Positions 58,701-64,000 of a stretch of 64,000 nt of DNA are shown piece by piece. The DNA is taken from assembly GCF_964355755.1 (NCBI RefSeq), contig NC_092680.1, positions 10,106,001 to 10,170,000 on the forward strand, read 5' to 3'. The notes under the pieces were generated by a model. The model had not been told where the DNA came from. It saw nothing but the letters and a program-made list of their open reading frames with translations, and did no database searches. Each line of letters starts with the position of its first letter. Within the stretch, counting starts at the first letter, position 1. The translations under genes were made by a program, and so were the position numbers. This stretch comes from Antedon mediterranea. Lineage: Eukaryota; Animalia; Echinodermata.

Positions 58701-61700
58701 TTTTCCAAAGTTTAGGTATTACACAGAGTGCATTTGAGAAAGCAAATAATTGTGTAGCTACTGAGGAAAAGATTGTTATAAAGAGAAACCCTCAAGATGT
58801 GTGGGTAAATCAATATAATCCTTCCTTATTGAGAGCATGGAATGCTAATATGGATATTCAGTATATTACAAATGTATATGCATGTATTATTTACGTTATA
58901 GGATATATGTCTAAATCTGAACGGGAAATGGGCTTACTTTTATCTCATGCAGCATCAGAAGTGAAAGAAGGCAATGAAGATGCTAGGCAAAGTTTGCGAA
59001 AACTTGGTAATGTTTATATGAATAACCGAGAAGTGTCTGCACAAGAAAGTATTTATCGTGTTTGTAGTTTAAGATTAAAAGAATGTTCAAGGAAAGTTGA
59101 ATTTATCCCAGTAGGACCTAATCCTGTCAGAATGAGTTTACCATTAAGTGTAATTAAAAACAAAAAAGATGATGATGTAAGTGCATGGTTGCCAAATAAG
59201 ATCGACAAATATAAAGCTCGACCTAATAGTTCTGAATTTAATAAAATGTGCCTTGCAAAATTTTGTTCGGAATATAGAATATTGAGTTCATCAGAAATGA
59301 AAGAAAACAAACAAAAAAAGAATGTATATCAGTTAAAAAAACAGTTGGGATTCATCCAAAAAAGAACACGAACTAGTAATGCTATAGTAAGATACCCTCG
59401 ATTTCCAATGGATACAGCACCTGAGAAATATTTTTTGAGTATACTTCAGTTATTTCTACCATTTCGAAAAGATGAACAGTTAAAACCTCCAAATTTTGAA
59501 ACGTACGAACAATTTCATGAGAAAGGATGTGTGAATTTATGTGGCTGTCAATTACAAACGGTAAAGTCAATAGTTAATGGAAACATGAAACAATATGAAA
59601 AAAGTGCTGAAGATGTTGAAGAAGCACAGGAATTTTTATTAAAATTTGGACCACAAGAAGATGCATGGAGCCTATTATGTCCAGAAAGCGAAAAAGAAAG
59701 GTTAGACAACCCAAAGCCAAATGTAGAGGTTGATGATGAAGAAGATGAATTTTTCATTCCAGATTTTGGAATTCAAAAAAATCATACATCTAAGGTAGAG
59801 TCTAATTCATCTAATATTCCAAGACCAGAATTGAACAAAATGATTCGATCTTTAAATGAAAAACAACAACATATATTTTATAAGACAAGACAATGGTGTT
59901 TAGACAAAGTTAATGGTAAAAAACCTGAAGCATTTTACAATTTCATAACTGGAGGCGCTGGTACAGGAAAAAGTCATTTGGTAAATTGTATTTATAATGA
60001 AGCGACACGTATTCTTGGAAAGATTATGGAAAATCCCGATGATTTGTCAATATTGAAATTAGCTCCTACAGGAATCGCAGCATATAATATTAAAGGCCAA
60101 ACAATTCATAGCGCTTTGTCTATCCCGATTAATATTTCACTTCCGTATCAACCACTTGGAGAAGAAAAAATAAGTGCACTTCGTAATAAATTGGGCCAGT
60201 TGCAAATTGTTATTATAGATGAAATATCAATGGTAAATCAAAGGTTACTTTGGTATATCCACGGACGATTAAGGCAAATAAAACAAGTACGCAACGATAG
60301 TCCATTTGGTAACATTTCAGTAATTGCTGTTGGTGATTTTTATCAGTTACCCCCGGTGATGGGCAGTTCGTTATATAAAGACACATTGGAAAGCTCACTG
60401 TGGATAGATAACTTTAAGCAAGTACAGTTAGATCAAATCATGAGGCAAAAAGAAGATAAACAATTTGCTTTATTGTTAAACAAATTGCGTACAAAAGAAA
60501 AACATGATTGTTTGTCTGATAACGATTTATTAGTTCTAAAATCACGTGAAACAGGTGAAGAATGTGAAGATGCTGTTCATATTTACCCACGCAACAAACA
60601 AGTTGATGAATGGAATAAAAAAATGTTGCACAAAACCTGTACAGACATTGTATGCATTAAAGCAGAAGATAGTGTAGTAAATAGCAAGAAACAGAGCAAA
60701 AATTGTGACAAACCTCGGAATTCACGTCAAACTAGTTTACTAAGTTATTTGTGGATTGCAATTAATGCCAGAGTGATGTTGATTAAAAATGTAGATGTTA
60801 AAAAAGGCTTAACGAATGGATGTATGGGACATGTTGATGAAATAGTCAAACCTGATCATAACACCGAACCAGTATCTATTAAAGTAAAATTTGACAATAA
60901 TGACATTGGTATTCAGGCAATTGAAATGTTTAAAGAATCTATGGGGAAAAAATACAGTCGAAAACAATTTCCTCTCAAATTAGCATATGCATGCACAGTT
61001 CATAAAGTGCAAGGAATGACAATGGATAAAGCAGTGGTTTGCCTTAAAGATACTTTTATGCATGGTCAAGCATATGTAGGCCTCAGTCGTGTTACTTCAA
61101 TAACTGGACTTACTATTGAAAATTTTAAACCTAGTCTGATTTATTGTGATCCAAACATAAAGAAGTGCTTAAATAATATGGATTCATACGTACAATGTGA
61201 TAAACAAGGTCATGATTCGGCTTCTAGATTTTCAATAATGTTACATAACATTCAAGGGCTTAAACAACATTTTGTTGATCTTCAGTGTAATGATTTGTTT
61301 ATGAATTCTAATATCATATGTCTAACTGAAACATGGTTAAACAAGGATGATGATGTTTTTGACGTACGCATTGAGCCGTATAAATTGTATCACCAAGCAA
61401 GGTATGATTCGTATTCTAATACAAATGATCTCAGTTCCAAAATAAAACATCAGGCTCATGGTGGCGTTGCAGTGTATGCCAAGAACACGTCTTCAAGCAG
61501 ATTAAACATATGTAATAATGATATAGAAGCAGTTTCATTTTTAATAACAAGTCCGATTTCTGTTGCCGTGTCAGTAATTTATCGACCCCCAAGTTATGAT
61601 ATTAATCAATTCTGTCAAAATTTGAGAAAACATTTGGAAGAGTTACATAAAATGAGCACAAAATGTATTGTAATGGGTGATTTTAATGAAAATCTTTTCA

Positions 61701-61882
61701 AACAATCTTCCAGAGTGAATAATTTAATGGCAGAGAATGAGTACAAACAACATGTTACATGTTCCACCACTGAAAACAATACATTGATTGATCATGTTTA
61801 TAGCAAAGGTCTTGATTCAGTACAGGCTGAAGTAATTCCAATTTATTATAGCTATCATGAAGCCATTCAAATTAAATTCTAA
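52751..61882 (+). CDS. Helentron RepHel polyprotein: hydrophobic N-anchor, PHD, VTD/C76 DUB, OTU, basic repeats, Zn-Cys, HUH Rep, Pif1-like SF1 helicase, APE endonuclease
   Basis: 3043 aa, no stops. PHD 53129-53275; QGNFNQG..GKQC..FDPH (54371-54817); GDGNC..W..HF (55379-55747); EFQMRGSPHVH and YVIGY Rep motifs; GGAGTGKS, DEISM, GDFYQLPPV, TVHKVQG, QAYVGLSR; HNIQGL, LTETW, YRPP, GDFN, IDH, SYH. Confidence 0.96.
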   Translation: MDTLLITFIIGMLFLMFFLMLWCFFKNNKENTNKGYNNVNTAGNVDSGIIDTTEFETVIDEILDLLDQCCLSKNVKDRSTIKLENDDTCNVDCEVIKDTTEFKEIIDDIINILSYGTEVASEFDDTCDLCSIEVKADDNCITCDCCSQYFHVKCVRDVFEDKLCDSRVIWICSMCGYSNFVDNILGEIGIPCHFNRYTILEPDESVTADLTKNKEKRNNAKLKKCQQTGSEDLLGSDWIRVKSKKRTDNRKKRCKNRGNKKRRKRVINGISIEPGVKYIGKSVKDFYERRNNNKMEWNMNTNTYREYNKENAKTNVLGNSQTIIDDSGRPMCNVLKNTKVTNGIQQQSGGGSKRLRNNKGRFVKTKKIDNKKAQGNVNLKNDCDTMKDIKNMGNNDNSETKTDEDFKMECRPTVENDNTATDDAKAQNNSKMNDRSRIIDSNGTDHKNQTCASCEFEENEVLIIDDGCKKAVTEKIRSHTKPKCDQHTIDVDIEVLTKNNFSEELIIDDVPKQKNTRKRQKTQSINELQVYNSNENITVAQGNFNQGNYRFGFASGKQCVANSLVAILYSTKRNGNEFYTKDLDTILTLGNELYRYIQKDSTMHEDLLMISELPKELDILDNTFVISPKESVFGIIDGNLEFMAEYGALSLNQALEQELHQHDAFFMNFNRSTFSIIKRVNGFHIFDPHARDRFGCVSEHGKSILLYSPSWQGVYDYCIRLARSMNCNLHETEFELTGVNIENKSMMLCSASVLDDNCEQRNLGNVDVDEPSTSYQYKCSTRLPDKNIDSKVKGQKHNKEGHVSSSNGWQSDSDIEIVNVQYGERPDKNFKFIPISEAQKKNMCNEVGIHCEHTDRNSGINRASQIGHPLQITNITGDGNCFYRAISYIISGTEDNHFLLRRAITNHLLETDDLFINTFSHEYRSVKEYVLKKRVMDNGTWASNTEISAMANLLNTDIYSFNDQLLTWQLFSAKKPGRIDDVTTDNGIYILYTMNVHFNVVESVNVSQNNVQEKTGHVDMNVTSHNKLSNTEANFFVKNSTTKKRKQTGNETCETFEDIEPKHKKSKTVEGPCSGNKVKTLRRRRKISYENRKQKEKNRQRMKRRREEKDNSIEKNENRNKYQSDPAYREEKKRKVKEAQQVRYADDDYKFKKRKENRKRQQKMYRCEPEYNVKVRNKAKHNYNIDLDYRTTKKVNNRLNYKCNEKFTQNLKEKLKNRYNNDIIFRHKTRQNNKQRNAEKYHNDSKFRQTLKEKLAAKYRNNSKFRKNVTQKLAEKYRSNLKFRQNCKQKLAQKYRGNLKFRQSIKERCKQRFAEKYHGDEGFRKNIMKKNMKNREKKKKENNNFEFVLENFRETVSRGPEYVCCVCFKMLFKDQVMKCTKTKYKNKACINEKYLHICNNECNKPCQFIESPRCRLWICFTCHRKLLNGKVPAEANSNNLQLHDIPPELRCLNNLEQHLIGLNIPFMKLMNLPKGGQHGIHGPVVCVPSNTIETVKMLPRPQVDDQLISVKLKRKLSYKGYYKYKFVNTAHVIQALRYLQDHNKCYFDIAINEEWHNYLSEENIENTNTNGDENQTCIESNEEEEEELEDRLCGATFDTSLQPVDRRQNLVDEYFNDIICCAPCENNSPIALLSNKSNEAKSFPVLFPTGQPTFHDTRDVKITLGRYFHNRLMHIDNRFAQNTEFIFYAQSLYELQQILSSISIALRKGSSKKDDFSKVTVSDLKNVTKIDEILKSDRGYKFLKQIRGTPPYWQATQKDVIAMVRQIGKPTFFLSFSSADFRWKEIMTTLLNQSGDQRNIEELEWADKCNLLKSNPVTVARMFDKRFHTFLKNVILSEAQPIGKVIDYFYRIEFQMRGSPHVHMLVWVENAPIFGTDKDNEVINFVDKYISCAVPCETVDPELNEIVKSVQIHSKRHSKSCKKKGTNCRFNFPRQPSGNTFVMRPTIADKDSDDNDDNKQAMELLTSVKDAVSNEETYKNAIELFQSLGITQSAFEKANNCVATEEKIVIKRNPQDVWVNQYNPSLLRAWNANMDIQYITNVYACIIYVIGYMSKSEREMGLLLSHAASEVKEGNEDARQSLRKLGNVYMNNREVSAQESIYRVCSLRLKECSRKVEFIPVGPNPVRMSLPLSVIKNKKDDDVSAWLPNKIDKYKARPNSSEFNKMCLAKFCSEYRILSSSEMKENKQKKNVYQLKKQLGFIQKRTRTSNAIVRYPRFPMDTAPEKYFLSILQLFLPFRKDEQLKPPNFETYEQFHEKGCVNLCGCQLQTVKSIVNGNMKQYEKSAEDVEEAQEFLLKFGPQEDAWSLLCPESEKERLDNPKPNVEVDDEEDEFFIPDFGIQKNHTSKVESNSSNIPRPELNKMIRSLNEKQQHIFYKTRQWCLDKVNGKKPEAFYNFITGGAGTGKSHLVNCIYNEATRILGKIMENPDDLSILKLAPTGIAAYNIKGQTIHSALSIPINISLPYQPLGEEKISALRNKLGQLQIVIIDEISMVNQRLLWYIHGRLRQIKQVRNDSPFGNISVIAVGDFYQLPPVMGSSLYKDTLESSLWIDNFKQVQLDQIMRQKEDKQFALLLNKLRTKEKHDCLSDNDLLVLKSRETGEECEDAVHIYPRNKQVDEWNKKMLHKTCTDIVCIKAEDSVVNSKKQSKNCDKPRNSRQTSLLSYLWIAINARVMLIKNVDVKKGLTNGCMGHVDEIVKPDHNTEPVSIKVKFDNNDIGIQAIEMFKESMGKKYSRKQFPLKLAYACTVHKVQGMTMDKAVVCLKDTFMHGQAYVGLSRVTSITGLTIENFKPSLIYCDPNIKKCLNNMDSYVQCDKQGHDSASRFSIMLHNIQGLKQHFVDLQCNDLFMNSNIICLTETWLNKDDDVFDVRIEPYKLYHQARYDSYSNTNDLSSKIKHQAHGGVAVYAKNTSSSRLNICNNDIEAVSFLITSPISVAVSVIYRPPSYDINQFCQNLRKHLEELHKMSTKCIVMGDFNENLFKQSSRVNNLMAENEYKQHVTCSTTENNTLIDHVYSKGLDSVQAEVIPIYYSYHEAIQIKF

Positions 61883-61997
61883 TTGCAGCAATGGTTTTTA
61901 AGTATTTGAATTATATTTCTCTAACAACTTTTTAAGAATTGAAAATAGAACTGGATACAAATAAAAAAATACAATTTGATAAAAACAAGATGAAAAT

Positions 61998-62700
61998 CAA
62001 CCCATGTCATTCTCCTGTATAGGAAAAACAAAATCTGGTGTCTAAACACATTTCAATCTTGTTTTTATGTGAGTTATATTATTATAGATTTTGTTCTGAA
62101 TTTGAATATGCAATGTTGCAATCTGTGCACATAATAATCGTTCAATATCTACCAGTATTCAAGTAATGTTAAAAATAAAAAGTAAAATTTCACAGAAGAA
62201 GAAAATACGTTTTGTTTTATACGATTACCAATACTTCATTAGGTCTAAACATAATTTCAGTTGTATAATTGTTTTTTTTATATTATTTTTTTTTTATCTA
62301 TCCAGGTCCACATAAAATTACTAATACAGTAATTTACTCATTTGGAAGAAAAATCAAGTTATTATCTATGCAAGAGGGGCAGCGAATAATCTGTAACTTC
62401 AACCCATGTCATTCTCCTGTATAGGAGAAACAATATCTGGTGAGTAAACACATTTTAATCTTGTTTTTATGTGAGTTATATTATTATAAATATTGTTCTA
62501 AATTTGAATATGCAATGTTGCAATCTGTGCACATAATAATCGTTCAATATCTACCAGTATTCAAGTAATGTTAAAAATAAAAAGTTACATTTTACAGAAG
62601 AAGAAAATACGTTTTATTTTATACGATTACAAATACTTCATCTATCCAGGTCCACTTGAAATTACTAATACAGCAATTTATTTCTTTAAAAGAATAATCA
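61998..62700. repeat. ~400-bp-period tandem duplication downstream of the RepHel stop
   Basis: CAACCCATGTCATTCTCCTGTATAGGA at 61998 and 62400 followed by ~290 bp of high identity. Confidence 0.88.
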
Positions 62701-63920
62701 ATTTATTTTGTTTGGTTTTTAGGTATTTAATGGAATGGTTTCATAACTTCAATTATAATGGGATCCGGATTTTTAGGCAGTCAGTAATGCAGTCATTCGC
62801 TCTTTCATAGTAATTGCCTAAACGCGGCAAATGATTCAATTATGAATTATAATAATGATTGTTAAAAAATAAGAATCTTCTCTAAATAAATCAATAAATA
62901 TGCGTTTAATGAATCCACAACTAACAAATTAACATGTATATAGTGTAGGAAGTAAAATTACTGATCACCAAATAAACTACTGTATAGTATAAACAGCCTA
63001 CTATAATTTTGAAAATTGTGTGCAATTTCCAATAACCAATGAAAGCTTTTATAAACACACACATAAATACATACATTTCATACTTATTATTTGTTTGAAA
63101 TAAAAAAATATTTTTAACAGTTATGGTGTGATTATATTAGTTTTATCAGAACTATTATATCTATTGGAGCAATTGAAACTCCATTAGATCAAAACACAGA
63201 GCAGAGGAAACAAGAAATTGTTATTATTATTCATACATTCTGTAACTGGTTGTACTGTCGATATTATGGTGTATAGCAGAACTGTGTTTGATGTTATCAA
63301 AAAGAAACATAAAGGCATGTCCAATTTCGAAAAGTAATTCATCTCAACGAGAACATAATAAATTTAATTTAAAAAGAAAATTTGCCACTACGACTGAGAT
63401 ACGCAATATGTTGAAGTGATAAATTATGACAAAAATACATGAAAATTCTACCTTTCCAATTACCTTTTCAATTACTGGCCATAGCATCATCTGATAGCAT
63501 GACCCATAGAATGACCTCACAGCATCCAATAGGAAAATTTGTCTGAGCAACAACATGTTCACATTTTGAGGAAATTCAGGCACGTGAAAGTGAGAGGCGC
63601 GGTCTTTTAAAACCGATGAACTTTTACTGAATTGTGTCTATTTTGTTTCATACGTCTAGTATATACTTATATACAGTGAAGCACAGAAACAATTACGAGA
63701 CCCATATTTTATTAAAAATTTTTAAATGATGACGTCATAAAAATTAATCATGAAGATAACAATTTAAAAGCATAGATATCTAAATAATTACATTCTAAAA
63801 AGGTAAAGAATTTTGGCCACGTAAAATTAAGACGCTCGTTTTTTCAAACACGACACGGCAGAATTAGAGATACGCTGCGAATAAAACTGGTGGAAAGAAA
63901 GAAGAATATAGAAAAAAAAA

Positions 63921-64000
63921 TATTTGAACTCCTCACTATCAACGAGTTAGGTTATCTGCCGCCGCGTAAACGCTACGTGCACATCATACGTTAGAATATT
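63921..64000 (-). mobile_element. Start of a further, more diverged HINE/Helentron unit (F), running off the window
   Basis: ATTTGAACTCCTCACTATCAACGAGTTAGGTTATCTGCC.. degenerate copy of the shared left end. Confidence 0.8.

Larger units (their letters stand above)
47806..63920 (+). mobile_element. Putatively autonomous Helentron/Helitron2 (unit E, ~16.1 kb)
   Basis: Shares ~135-bp left end and ~290-bp right end with the HINE units and contains an intact RepHel-APE ORF (strand given is that of the ORF). Confidence 0.9.

Noticed and set aside
52738-60398. Many antisense and alternate-frame ORFs within RepHel
   Set aside because: Shadow ORFs of a long A-rich coding strand; low complexity, no domains.
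52751-61882. Endogenous herpesvirus or giant-virus insertion, suggested by the tegument-like DUB
   Set aside because: The domain is fused to Helitron Rep/Pif1/APE between Helentron termini; no capsid or polymerase genes.
63344-63583. Possible accessory gene on the minus strand near the Helentron right end
   Set aside because: Short, non-ATG start in the track, no recognisable domain or supporting exons.

Overview
AT-rich animal genomic DNA, probably a marine invertebrate deuterostome (inferred from the Deu/Nin-type SINEs, Rex/RTEX/Tx1 LINEs and Helentron). 1-37.3 kb holds the last six coding exons of NOL6 (nucleolar protein 6/Utp22; + strand, GT-AG sites, consistent phases, stop at 37336). 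Its introns are filled with nested transposons: SINEs, several LINE clades (one with a 2A-like DIETNPGP motif and a PHD finger), a recent 3.6-kb deleted Gmr1-type LTR element with apparently identical LTRs, P-, hAT-, Kolobok- and TA-type MITEs, and a non-autonomous Helitron1. 42.7-64 kb is a head-to-tail/nested Helentron (Helitron2) cluster: four 1.2-1.5 kb non-autonomous units, a ~16-kb element with an uninterrupted 3043-aa RepHel ORF, and the start of a sixth unit. The ORF reads N-terminal hydrophobic anchor, PHD, herpes-tegument-like (VTD/C76) DUB, OTU DUB, basic repeats, Zn-Cys, HUH Rep, Pif1 helicase, APE endonuclease. The most unusual signals are in that element: the membrane-anchor/dual-DUB/SIM architecture, a tandem array of apparent AG-(32/38 nt)-GTGAGT micro-exons, a covarying three-hairpin cloverleaf upstream of the ATG, and a 12-bp direct repeat bracketing the coding cassette. 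All calls are by-eye motif recognition; no searches were run.
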